Source: a virus (lineage: Duplodnaviria > Heunggongvirae > Uroviricota > Caudoviricetes). Taken from it: a stretch of DNA of 25,337 bases. This document shows positions 8,325 through 19,569 of this stretch, one piece after another. Position 1 is the first letter of the stretch, and every line of letters begins with the position of its first letter. The stretch is taken from the IMG/VR virus record IMGVR_UViG_2698536560_000009, positions 1 to 25,337 of that record; one strand, given 5' to 3'. The notes under the pieces are model-generated. The model was not told where the DNA came from, did not search any database, and worked only from the letters and a program-made list of their open reading frames with translations. The translations under genes were made by a program, and so were the position numbers.

Positions 8325-9970
8325 GTACTACCCCCGTCTACTGTGACAAACTGAAATACATCAGTAGAATCTTTTGTAAAGGTTAATACTGGAACACGCC
8401 CATAAGACCATAAAATGTTTGTAGGCCAGGATATTTTATTTGCCCCTGTACCCTGCTTAATAAGCACCTGAAATGTTTGACTCTTTTTGTCATTACCACT
8501 TGCATTTAGTACAGAGAAGTTTGACGTTGGTTGTGATAGAGTCACGGTGAATGTAGTTTTACTATCACTCAAATCTATTTCTAATGAATTATTTACAAGG
8601 GTATTTAGTTTAAGAATATCATCTACAATTGTTACCTTCGTATCAATATCTTCCTTCAGAACCTTGTCTTTGTCATCGATCTGTTTCTTTGAATATGTTC
8701 CTACATCATCAAAATTCAGTACTATATTACTGTTAAGAGCATACCCGTTAATAGTGGTGATACGTAGTGCAAATAGATCATTTGACTGGGTACGTGAGTA
8801 CACATCAGGAATATCAGCAGCAACTAATTGAATGTTAGTTCCTGATAATGGCTTATTGTTGATTAAGTATGTTTTTGGTACATATGTGTTATTAGTAAAA
8901 ACAATACTTGCCATATCTGGGAGTTGTGCGGCTGTCAGTGTTATATTCTGGGAAAGACTTAAACCGTTAACAGTAGTTGTTTTTTTAACAAATGAAGTAT
9001 CAACCTGAGTCTGTGAATACACATCAAGAATATCTGCGGCAACTAAGTTTAATGCCGTACCGGATAGTGCATGACCGTTTAACTGGAATACTTTTGGGAC
9101 TACGTTCTGATCTATATACGTCTTACTGTATACATCAGCGATATCAGAAGCCAGTAGTGTAATATTAGCAGTTAGTGGTTTGCTATTGATAGTACGGGTA
9201 ATCGGTACGTAGTCTGCAAGGGATGCACTTGATGCAGCACCCAGTTCTGTCAGTGTAGGTTTATCAGCACTGGTATAGACCTTGTACCATGCCCCCATAG
9301 ATGCACCATAGTTACGCACGTTAATTATTGGCGTACCTGTCTTACTGATAACCAATTGTGTACCAAAGTTCGAATCAAGGTTATTAATACCGAGTACATC
9401 TGTCCCTGTTGGTGAACCTGCACCAGGGATCTTAATAAAAGCATTACCGTCACGCCCCTGATAACTTGGAAACTCAATACCGTTTGCACCTACGCCCCAG
9501 TCTCCGCGATTTAGAGGGACTATCGTACTGTCAAGAATACCCGAAGAAAGTTGTTCGTTTGGGGTGAATACGTAGGAACGGGAAGTAACAGAATCATAAT
9601 CACCACTGGTGGATACAGAAGCCAGATAACCATTATAAAGTGCATAGTTAACCGTAAGGTCATTCTGTCCTTCATCGGGGATCTCTACCTTCATTTGTAC
9701 TAATTGGCGACTTTTTACGATGTCATCAAGAAACTTATGTTTAGCAGGAACCCAGTTAACCGTAATAGTGACATCACCATATGTGCTATCACCTGCTACT
9801 TTTTCGATGTATTCAGAGTCATATGTTTCAATAGCAAGGGTTGCAGTACTGTGACCGAATGAAGGGAACCCGCTTAATTCTGGTACTTCTTTAAATCCCT
9901 TCGATTTGGGGTCACTGTTTAATGTGTCGGTGTTAATCCATACACTTGTGTTGTTAGTAATAAAAGCCAT
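8288..9970 (-). CDS. tail protein with gpV-like tube N-domain and C-terminal tail-fibre-type repeats
   Basis: The first ~140 aa align by eye with the 158-aa tube protein (VNW.P, NGY, GDYD.V..R.YVFT). This is followed by about five ~37-aa repeats of the form (I/V)N(S/G)KPLSG.NI.L.AADI.DVYS.T, resembling the phage tail fibre repeat seen in side tail fibres. Confidence 0.5.
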   Translation of the reverse strand: MAFITNNTSVWINTDTLNSDPKSKGFKEVPELSGFPSFGHSTATLAIETYDSEYIEKVAGDSTYGDVTITVNWVPAKHKFLDDIVKSRQLVQMKVEIPDEGQNDLTVNYALYNGYLASVSTSGDYDSVTSRSYVFTPNEQLSSGILDSTIVPLNRGDWGVGANGIEFPSYQGRDGNAFIKIPGAGSPTGTDVLGINNLDSNFGTQLVISKTGTPIINVRNYGASMGAWYKVYTSADKPTLTELGAASSASLADYVPITRTINSKPLTANITLLASDIADVYSKTYIDQNVVPKVFQLNGHALSGTALNLVAADILDVYSQTQVDTSFVKKTTTVNGLSLSQNITLTAAQLPDMASIVFTNNTYVPKTYLINNKPLSGTNIQLVAADIPDVYSRTQSNDLFALRITTINGYALNSNIVLNFDDVGTYSKKQIDDKDKVLKEDIDTKVTIVDDILKLNTLVNNSLEIDLSDSKTTFTVTLSQPTSNFSVLNASGNDKKSQTFQVLIKQGTGANKISWPTNILWSYGRVPVLTFTKDSTDVFQFVTVDGGSTWYGSLLMADMK

Positions 9971-9973
9971 AAA

Positions 9974-10410
9974 TTATTCCCCATAGCTAAAAGATATAGT
10001 TTGTGTATGCACATACATCGTATTAGTTGCTTCGGCCTGGGTAGTCATTAAGCTCTCTTCCAGAACAACATTGAAAACATCCATTGGAAGTAGTTTGTTC
10101 AATTCATTAATAAAACCACTTGCATAGATTGCATCAATCACTTTACTAATTTCATCTGATGCAAGTTTATAATTTTCGCCTACTGCTACAAAGTCCACTC
10201 TAAATTCACAGAGATAATTAATCCCACGTGGTATTAATTGACCATTAATTAATGTATTTGCTTTTTGAATGCGTGAACGTGTTACAGTACTGTCACCGAT
10301 GTATAACATTGGTTTGTCGTCTACCGTTGCTCTCGATTGATATTGAAGATTTACCAAAGTACTGAGATTATTAATCAAAAATTTCCGTATTGTGTAGTCT
10401 GAAGTTCGCA

Positions 10411-10411
<1 letters not shown>
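9974..10411 (-). CDS. putative neck / tail completion protein
   Basis: 145 aa ORF between the capsid gene and the tail genes, with TAATG start/stop overlap to the upstream gene. Assigned by position only. Confidence 0.3.
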
Positions 10412-12554
<2,143 letters not shown>

Positions 12555-13998
12555 GGGTTAGTACTGGTGAATAGCCCATCTCAGAAATTATTTGTTCTTT
12601 ACTCTTTAATCCATTTTCCATTGCGAGAATCTCAGTCTGTAAATCTTTCAGTGGGTCTAGACTAATATGACGTTGTGGAATGAAATTACATTCAGTTAGT
12701 TCAGTAAATTTACTAAATGGCAAATCCTTCAACATCGGGTTATTTAGCATTTCATTCTTGAGCCACTTAATATACAAAGGTTGAAGTACTGACTTAACCA
12801 GGTTGTTTTGTTTTGCAAGAAATGTATTTTGCTGAATTTTGTCTGTTAACTTCGAGGCACTGAATGATGCCCCTGCGGTCGAACCTGTTAACGTCTGTGG
12901 TGTAAGATCGAGTGACATCCCTATGAAAATCAACTGGTTATCTAGAAATTCCTGTAGTGCGTCGAATGTTTGTGATGGACTGAGTGACTTCACATCTTGA
13001 CCCTCACGAAGTTCTAACAGTACTCCACCCTCCATACGTGCAACCTGGTATTCATCTACATCAGAATCGTCATCATCATCAATATCTTCAAATGATGCAT
13101 CACGTGACGCATTCGTGATAAAACCCATGCTTTCCGCTGCTAATTGTCGCGTCTTGATTGACGCCCTCATGAATTTATCCAGGTCTGCCAGTAGTCCAGT
13201 ACCGCAAAATATATCGGGAATGCCGCGTTGCTGTTCTGGATAGTCAGTACTGAATAAGTGAAGGATCTCTTCTGCGGGTACACGTTCTGCTTCAGTACTA
13301 ACTGAGTACGATACGGGGTCATATTGTGTTAGAAAGTAAGCAACGGGTTTACCAGTGCCTTTTTCAAACTCAATACCATTTGAACGATAGTTACCATTAC
13401 TTAGCCATTGATTACCTTTCGTATCAATTACAGTACTGTCTAGTACTTCAATCTTCATACCAGGATGGATACGAATAAAACAACTACCATCAATTGAACG
13501 TGTCTTCTCTACCAGTGACTGGAATTTGGACATTTCAAGTTTTCCATTTAGGGAAAAACGTGCGGGGTCTTCACACCATGAGTAGAACGCATCGGCGAGA
13601 CGTTTATTAATATCATTATTAACATTGTCATCTTCAGCAACGTGAACACATGGACGATACGTAATACCATTTGCACCACATACACTACTGGCATTCTGTG
13701 CAATATACTTCTTATGAATTGGGTTACTCATACTAAGCTGGCGACTTTGTAGTACTGCCGTGTTCAATACACGGTTAATTACGGCATTGATCGAGCCACT
13801 CTTACCAACTGCACCAAATGTACCAAGTTGTGCGGCTGCGTTACCGTTACCGATGGAAGAAATGGAACGTTTGGTTTCAATACCTAAATTACCAAGTACT
13901 GGTTCAGTACGTATTTTTGCCTTACCAATATATAGTTTTGGTTCTTCTTTTGGCTGTTCCTTTGCCTTTCTAAAATTAAAATTAAACATATTCCCCTC

Positions 13999-14475
13999 TT
14001 ATCTTGTAAAACGTGTAATTGATTTGATGGGGTTGCCCGTCTTAACTTTTCGTACACGTGCCTTTTCATCTGCAAGTTTCTTTGCATATACTTGTCGCAT
14101 ACGGTAAAGTACTTCAGCACTTTCTGTTACTAGTGTTTTATTATTAATGGTAAGTTGTGTAGTACCACCCCCAAGAATCTTGGATTCAATAACCATATCA
14201 ATTTCATCGATCAATTCCTGTAACTGATTTATTTTATTTGCTGCTTCAAGTGGATCTTTAACAGTGAAAAGTTGTACAGACATACTACCATCGCTAATAA
14301 TTGCAGTACTGACACCAGCTACCCATTGAGATGTATCAATGGGTAAATTTGGAAAGTATTCTTGCTCATTACCTTTTGCATCAATGATTTTAATCGTTGC
14401 TGTTGATGGGAAGTCTAGTACTATAGTTTCACCAATAAAGATCGGGCTAGTTAAGTCCGTCTTACGTGGATTCAT
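13999..14475 (-). CDS. hypothetical head protein (gpW position between terminase and portal)
   Basis: 158 aa ORF with ATG at 14473-14475, lying between the large terminase and portal genes. No motif recognised. Confidence 0.35.
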   Translation of the reverse strand: MNPRKTDLTSPIFIGETIVLDFPSTATIKIIDAKGNEQEYFPNLPIDTSQWVAGVSTAIISDGSMSVQLFTVKDPLEAANKINQLQELIDEIDMVIESKILGGGTTQLTINNKTLVTESAEVLYRMRQVYAKKLADEKARVRKVKTGNPIKSITRFTR

Positions 14476-14487
14476 ATTAATTCCTTA

Positions 14488-16407
14488 TTAAAACCAGTTA
14501 CGATTATTAAGTGCTGAAAGTCCTTTTTTCTTAGGTTTTGATTTCTGCTTCTCTTTCTGTACTGGTTGTTGTTCTGCTTTAGTTTTTATGGATTCTTCTA
14601 CTTTAGTATTTAGTTCTTTTTGTTTAGCTCTATACTCTCGCAACTTCCTATACGGTTGTGCACCAAGTGCCTGTATCTTGTGATCAATCGCTGCTAATGA
14701 GTAGACGAGCGTATCGAGACATTCGTTACGCTCTCCATTTGGATTCTCCCATACCATCACTGAACCTTTTCGTACTAGTTTTTCTGCTGTAAGTTGGAGG
14801 AAGTAATCATCGACAAGGGAATGACTGAAGTGTATATTAGTACTATACTCTCCCCCTTCACATGCCTGTCGTAATAACTTCTTAACCTGGTGCTTCAGTA
14901 CTTGAGTATTAATATTAACCAGTTGATGTCCTGCCGTTGTGGAATCCTTCGTGATGGGACCAGTCTGTGTGTTTGCACCCTTAATTGCATGCCATCGTCC
15001 CCCACTGGAAGAACAAAAGCGATATATGGAACTGGTTGCAGATCCGTTTGAGCTATCAATAAAGGATCTCAGTACTGGTACTTTTCTACCTGAAGTGGTT
15101 TTAAATATACTCTTACTATAATTAAGTAGTTCAGTATATGCCTTATCTTCATACTTAGTACAATCGACACCATAAAACATACGGTGGTCCAGAACCCATA
15201 TATTCTTTTCATCAAATGCAATAGTACTACATTCTAAGCGGTCTATCTGTTGGTCACATGCCAGTACAATACCAAGTGCATTATCTGGAATATGTTTTAC
15301 ATCTAAATCAAAGTCGCGTAAGTTTTCCAGTACTGTAAGATCTTCTTTAATATTATTCTTATCTACCCACGGTAAACCGAGTACGTTATTATAGAAAGAT
15401 TGTTCTTCAAAGTTTATCCATGAGTTCTTAAAGTCTTCAACAATCTTCTCAATAGTAGTAATCGGTGAATATAGTCTATTAACATGGTATCCCCTGAAAC
15501 CCATCACATGCAGTCTGTGTGCTTTCCAGTAACCTTTTGCAACCATCCGTGCACGTTGCCCTTCAGTGATTACTTCATCACATCCTGGACAGTGTAGGCG
15601 TGCTGTAGTGGGTTCTGGTGCATTACGTCGTTCGTTGAACTTCACCCATTCAAACTTTATATTCTCCCATTCTAAAATATGGTCATGATCACAATGTGGA
15701 CACACGACATGAAAATGTCTCTGGTCTGAGAGTTCCCATTGCTGGCAGATCATATCGTCCTGTACTAATGGTGTGGAGGCCATCACGATCAGGGAGTTCT
15801 TACCAAACTGAGTTGCACGCTGTTCTATGAGTGATAGGGGGTTGCCCTCATCTTGTTCTGGATCTACACCTGATAATTCATCAATGAAGATTGCAGGAAC
15901 TGTAAGCGAGCGTAGGGACTGGCTAGAATTGAGGTTAACAAAGTATGTCTTAGTACCGTCAACGTTCTGTTGAGTGTGTAGATCGTTTACTGCATTCTTA
16001 TCTGATTTGTCAGTGATTAATGCTTGAAGGTTTGGACACGCATTAATAGTATCCATCCATTTACCAGTACGGAACTTTTTCACAGTACTACCACTACTAC
16101 CCGCAAATATCATATGGGAGGGTTTATTTGCCATCCTGTAAAGCATTGCATTTTGTAGTATTGTTGTCTTGAGTAATTGTGCACTACTCATTAAACAGAT
16201 CTTCTGTACTGATGGATCTACTGTGGCGTTTAGGGGTTCTACTTGAAATGAAAATAATTTAGTTTTTTGTTGTGCCAGTGGTCCATCTGGAAATACAGTA
16301 TATTGTTCACACCATTCAGATGGTTTAATCTTCGGTGGGGGTAATATTGATTTCAGACTCTGGTTCAGAATCTTCATCATCTTCTTCTGGCTGTTCTTCG
16401 TACTCAT
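14488..16407 (-). CDS. terminase large subunit (lambda gpA-like)
   Basis: 639 aa. Contains Cys/His clusters (CPHCDHDH, HCPGCDE) and an acidic IFIDELSG segment typical of gpA-family terminases. Follows a Nu1-like small subunit gene. Confidence 0.8.
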   Translation of the reverse strand: MSTKNSQKKMMKILNQSLKSILPPPKIKPSEWCEQYTVFPDGPLAQQKTKLFSFQVEPLNATVDPSVQKICLMSSAQLLKTTILQNAMLYRMANKPSHMIFAGSSGSTVKKFRTGKWMDTINACPNLQALITDKSDKNAVNDLHTQQNVDGTKTYFVNLNSSQSLRSLTVPAIFIDELSGVDPEQDEGNPLSLIEQRATQFGKNSLIVMASTPLVQDDMICQQWELSDQRHFHVVCPHCDHDHILEWENIKFEWVKFNERRNAPEPTTARLHCPGCDEVITEGQRARMVAKGYWKAHRLHVMGFRGYHVNRLYSPITTIEKIVEDFKNSWINFEEQSFYNNVLGLPWVDKNNIKEDLTVLENLRDFDLDVKHIPDNALGIVLACDQQIDRLECSTIAFDEKNIWVLDHRMFYGVDCTKYEDKAYTELLNYSKSIFKTTSGRKVPVLRSFIDSSNGSATSSIYRFCSSSGGRWHAIKGANTQTGPITKDSTTAGHQLVNINTQVLKHQVKKLLRQACEGGEYSTNIHFSHSLVDDYFLQLTAEKLVRKGSVMVWENPNGERNECLDTLVYSLAAIDHKIQALGAQPYRKLREYRAKQKELNTKVEESIKTKAEQQPVQKEKQKSKPKKKGLSALNNRNWF

Positions 16408-16846
16408 ATGATCCTAATTCCCTTAGTTTCTCATCAATCCTTTCTTCTAGTTTTATCCGCAATGTATCCGCATCTTCACTTTCAAATAGTTCTACATAGA
16501 TAGATGCCGGAATACTTCTTAGTACTCCGCGTAGTGCTGCAAAATAACCAGTTAGTGTTTGAGTTACATAATCAGTACTCAATACCTTTTCAGTACTGAT
16601 ATTTAATTCAATCTCAACTAAATCTGCTTCAAGTGATATCTTGCGTAATTTCTCTTTTTCAATCTGTTCTTTTACATCAGTATTTCGCAATGGTTGGATA
16701 ATATTAATTAGTATCCATTGATCTATTTCTTTTTTACTTGCTTTCTTTGGGTGTGGCATTCCACGTTTTGCCCATTCACGGCTTACAGTACTGTCATTAA
16801 CTCCCATACGTTCTGCAATTTCGTTTGTTGTATATCTATCGTTCAA
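16325..16846 (-). CDS. terminase small subunit (lambda Nu1-like, N-terminal HTH)
   Basis: The N-terminal TNEIAERMGVNDSTVSREWAKRGMP resembles the Nu1 winged-HTH (…IRTIQNWQEQGMP), and the C-terminus is acidic. The start codon at 16844-16846 is TTG; the first in-frame ATG would truncate the HTH. Confidence 0.6.
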   Translation of the reverse strand: MNDRYTTNEIAERMGVNDSTVSREWAKRGMPHPKKASKKEIDQWILINIIQPLRNTDVKEQIEKEKLRKISLEADLVEIELNISTEKVLSTDYVTQTLTGYFAALRGVLRSIPASIYVELFESEDADTLRIKLEERIDEKLRELGSYEYEEQPEEDDEDSEPESEINITPTED

Positions 16847-16904
16847 TTTGTTTATCCAGGTTTTGTTTGTGTTATTTAAAATATTTAATATGCAAAAAAA
16901 ATAG

Positions 16905-16915
16905 TTCGCGGCGAA
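16905..16915. other. GC-rich near-palindrome TTCGC-G-GCGAA, candidate cosN-like site
   Basis: An isolated GC-rich symmetric element in the AT-rich region about 60 bp upstream of the Nu1-like terminase start. It resembles the GGCGGCGA core of lambda cosN. A 7-bp inverted repeat acttccc/gggaagt lies at 16915-16921 and 16940-16946. Confidence 0.25.
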
Positions 16916-16952
16916 ACTTCCCGATTGTGTCTATTCAGAGGGAAGTACCTAT

Positions 16953-16981
16953 AGTATTTATTAACCCTACCATGTTATACT
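16953..16981 (+). promoter_or_regulatory. candidate sigma70-type promoter with extended -10 (TGtTATACT) for the SLATT-NTase operon
   Basis: TG at 16973-16974 and TATACT at 16976-16981, about 30 nt upstream of the ATG at 17011. The -35 is weak. Confidence 0.3.
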
Positions 16982-17010
16982 GTTAGGGAATCGGATTTGT
17001 TGGAGTGTTT

Positions 17011-17514
17011 ATGAATCAGAAGCTCATCCAAACAGTCATTTCTGAGTGTCATCGTATAGAAGAGGACGCTCTTTACTCTTCTAAATCTCATTATAATGTT
17101 TCTGATAGATGGGATAAGCTGAATCTGTGGTTCGGTGTACCATTAGCAATCTTAACCGCTTTGAGTGGTATTGCCGCAATCAAGAGTACAGCCAATGCTG
17201 TTGTAGCTATTTCCATAACTGCTACAATTCTAACTGCATTAAATACGTCTCTTAACCCAAGTAAGCGTGCTGCACTTCATAAATCAGCAGCAAATGAATA
17301 TAATAAATTAAAGAATGAAGTTAGAATATTTAGGGAAATATTGACTTCTAATTTTGATTTTACTGATAAAACTTTGATTGAAAAACTTACGAGTTACTCT
17401 GATCGACGCAATCAACTTAATTCAAGTTCGCCAAATATTCCTCGGTGGGCTTATGAGAAAACTCAAAGAGATGTTAACCAAGGCTTTACTAAGTATAATA
17501 TTGACAAGGAATAA
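17011..17514 (+). CDS. SLATT-like two-transmembrane effector protein
   Basis: 167 aa from the ATG at 17011 (GGAG 6 nt upstream; the ORF track begins at a GTG at 17005). Two adjacent hydrophobic helices (LWFGVPLAILTALSGIAAI and AVVAISITATILTALNTSL) are flanked by short soluble regions. The stop lies 2 nt before the NTase start. The family call rests on architecture and on the SMODS neighbour. Confidence 0.45.
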   Translation: MNQKLIQTVISECHRIEEDALYSSKSHYNVSDRWDKLNLWFGVPLAILTALSGIAAIKSTANAVVAISITATILTALNTSLNPSKRAALHKSAANEYNKLKNEVRIFREILTSNFDFTDKTLIEKLTSYSDRRNQLNSSSPNIPRWAYEKTQRDVNQGFTKYNIDKE

Positions 17515-17516
17515 AC

Positions 17517-18293
17517 ATGACAGTCAGTACCTATCTTGAGTCTATTAAAAGCAATGCTTATCAAAGAGATATTACAATAACGAATTCAATTGCAACCATA
17601 AAAAACAGACTGAATGGTTATTTTGCTGGTGAACTTGTTAGTCATTTTGTATTTGGCTCATATTCACGTAATACAATGCTTCCTCGTAGCTATGATCCTT
17701 CTTCTGATGTTGATTATATGGTTGTATTCAAAAATGTAATATATCAGCCTCAGACCTACCTAAACAAGCTAAGGGGTTTTGTAAATTATTACTATCGTAC
17801 ATCTGAAATAAAGCAAAGCCACCCTACTATTCAATTGAACCTTAATCATATTACTTTCGAGCTTGTCCCTGCATCTCATAATATTTTATTTGGTTATCAA
17901 ATCCCTTCCAACCAGGATTTTTTGAACCGTTGGATGAATACCGATCCCAATGCGTTCAATACTGATTTAACTAATTGCAATAAAAATAATAACAATTTAA
18001 TTAAGCCTCTTATTCGCATAATGAAATATTGGAATGCCAATGCAGGTTATGTCTTTGAGTCGTATCAACTTGAAAAAGATATTGTTAGCTTTAACTATTT
18101 TTGGTGCTCTACCCTTAAAGAATATTTTTACTCTGCTGTAGAACAACTTTCAGGTTCCTATTATCTCGCACAATGGAAAAAAGATAAGATTCAGCGTCTA
18201 AAAAATTCAGTTATGATGTCAAAATATTATGAGCAGTTAAACAATCATTTTGCCGCCGAAAATGAAATAAAGAAAATTTTACCCATAAAATAA
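17517..18293 (+). CDS. SMODS / CD-NTase-like nucleotidyltransferase (Pol-beta superfamily)
   Basis: 258 aa. Carries the GS-x15-DVD signature (FGSYSRNTMLPRSYDPSSDVDYMVVF), a downstream acidic ITFELV, and a LIRIMKYW motif like the OAS/cGAS-type helix. AAGGA Shine-Dalgarno 8 nt upstream. Confidence 0.6.
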   Translation: MTVSTYLESIKSNAYQRDITITNSIATIKNRLNGYFAGELVSHFVFGSYSRNTMLPRSYDPSSDVDYMVVFKNVIYQPQTYLNKLRGFVNYYYRTSEIKQSHPTIQLNLNHITFELVPASHNILFGYQIPSNQDFLNRWMNTDPNAFNTDLTNCNKNNNNLIKPLIRIMKYWNANAGYVFESYQLEKDIVSFNYFWCSTLKEYFYSAVEQLSGSYYLAQWKKDKIQRLKNSVMMSKYYEQLNNHFAAENEIKKILPIK

Positions 18294-18298
18294 TCTTG

Positions 18299-18326
18299 CC
18301 CCCTTATATTACTAATTATAAGGGGG
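18299..18326. terminator. perfect 10-bp stem hairpin immediately after the NTase gene
   Basis: cccccttata - ttactaat - tataaggggg, starting 6 nt after the stop at 18291-18293. A U-rich tract follows on the minus-strand side, so it may act bidirectionally. Confidence 0.4.
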
Positions 18327-18540
18327 TACAGCTCATTGTCTTTGCTTGAATCCAAAAAATCATTCTCGATATTTTTACTTGTAAGAATTGAGTACAGTTG
18401 AAACATTCCACCGTCGTACAGCTAAATGAGATTGCTAAGATTGTATGACCCGCTCCTCTACCATCAGTATCAGGAGATTACATTCCCTTATCGCTAAAGA
18501 TAGCAGTTTTGTGAGAAGAGATAGTTTCCAATTTCTAATT

Positions 18541-18567
18541 TATAAGCCAGTTAGTTGCTGGCTTATA
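18541..18567 (-). terminator. hairpin 4 nt downstream of the tail-anchored protein gene
   Basis: tataagccag - ttagttg - ctggcttata, a 10-bp stem. There is no clear U-run. Confidence 0.3.
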
Positions 18568-18571
18568 ATCA

Positions 18572-19246
18572 TCATGATTTAACAGATACTAATGCCAGAA
18601 TAGATGCTACTGCGGCAGCCAACGAAACTATAAGACTTAATGTAGGTATATATAATGCTGTAACTCTTCTAAACTTGTTCTCTTTGTCGTTATACTGAAT
18701 AAAAAACATCTTAATTTTCAGTAAGCGGATTAAAATTAAATCTTTTAATGCGGCCTTGTGTAAAACACCTGTAACACGGTGATAATGAAGTAAATTCTTT
18801 ACTGCTTTCTCTATTTTTTTTGGTGTTATGTGTTTAACGTTATATGAATGATGGACAATCAAGGAATCATGTGTTGCTAATGAATCATCTGAAGTAGACG
18901 GAAAAAGAATTATATGCACAGCCCCCGTCGCACTATATGTAATTGAAAGTGCGGCTCCTTTTTGCCAATGATGATTAAACTTTATGCTTTCGGTAGTTTT
19001 TTCCTGCCGCATATTTCCAGTCATACGATCAGCGATCTGAAATGTCAGGCAATCAAAACCATAACCATCTGGTTCATCTTGCATATCAATTATATTAAAT
19101 CTTATATGCTCTCCTGATAATTGGGTTGATAGTATTTCTAATTGCTTTTTTATTTTAGGTTTGAATATAATCCAGTTTACATTAGAAATTAATCTTCTAA
19201 GTTCGTCTCTTTCAAACTTTGCTCTAAGCTCTTTCTTCCACTCCAT
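18572..19246 (-). CDS. hypothetical tail-anchored membrane protein
   Basis: 224 aa with a GGAG Shine-Dalgarno and ATG at 19244-19246. A soluble His-rich domain is followed by a single C-terminal transmembrane helix (LYIPTLSLIVSLAAAVASILALVSV). Sits alone on the minus strand between hairpins. Confidence 0.5.
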   Translation of the reverse strand: MEWKKELRAKFERDELRRLISNVNWIIFKPKIKKQLEILSTQLSGEHIRFNIIDMQDEPDGYGFDCLTFQIADRMTGNMRQEKTTESIKFNHHWQKGAALSITYSATGAVHIILFPSTSDDSLATHDSLIVHHSYNVKHITPKKIEKAVKNLLHYHRVTGVLHKAALKDLILIRLLKIKMFFIQYNDKENKFRRVTALYIPTLSLIVSLAAAVASILALVSVKS

Positions 19247-19569
19247 TATCTCCCCCTAAGCCTCTTGCTACTATAGATTATTTAGATTCTATCGTACCAT
19301 AATTGATAAACTTACCCTAGGTCGATAATCAATAGTATATGTATGTTCTATTTGGTGGTAAAGTGTTAATGCTACATGGTATAGGCTATAATGATGATTA
19401 CTCATAAAATCAATTCTTATATCGATATTTTCAGTTTATTATCGCAGTTTGAGTATTCGTCCATGTATAAGTTTGCATAAAAAATAGCACACTGGTTAGA
19501 GTAAAATCATATTGAACATTGTGTTTGAATGCTCTATATTTTGGTGATGTTAACTTTTGAGATTGCAGA

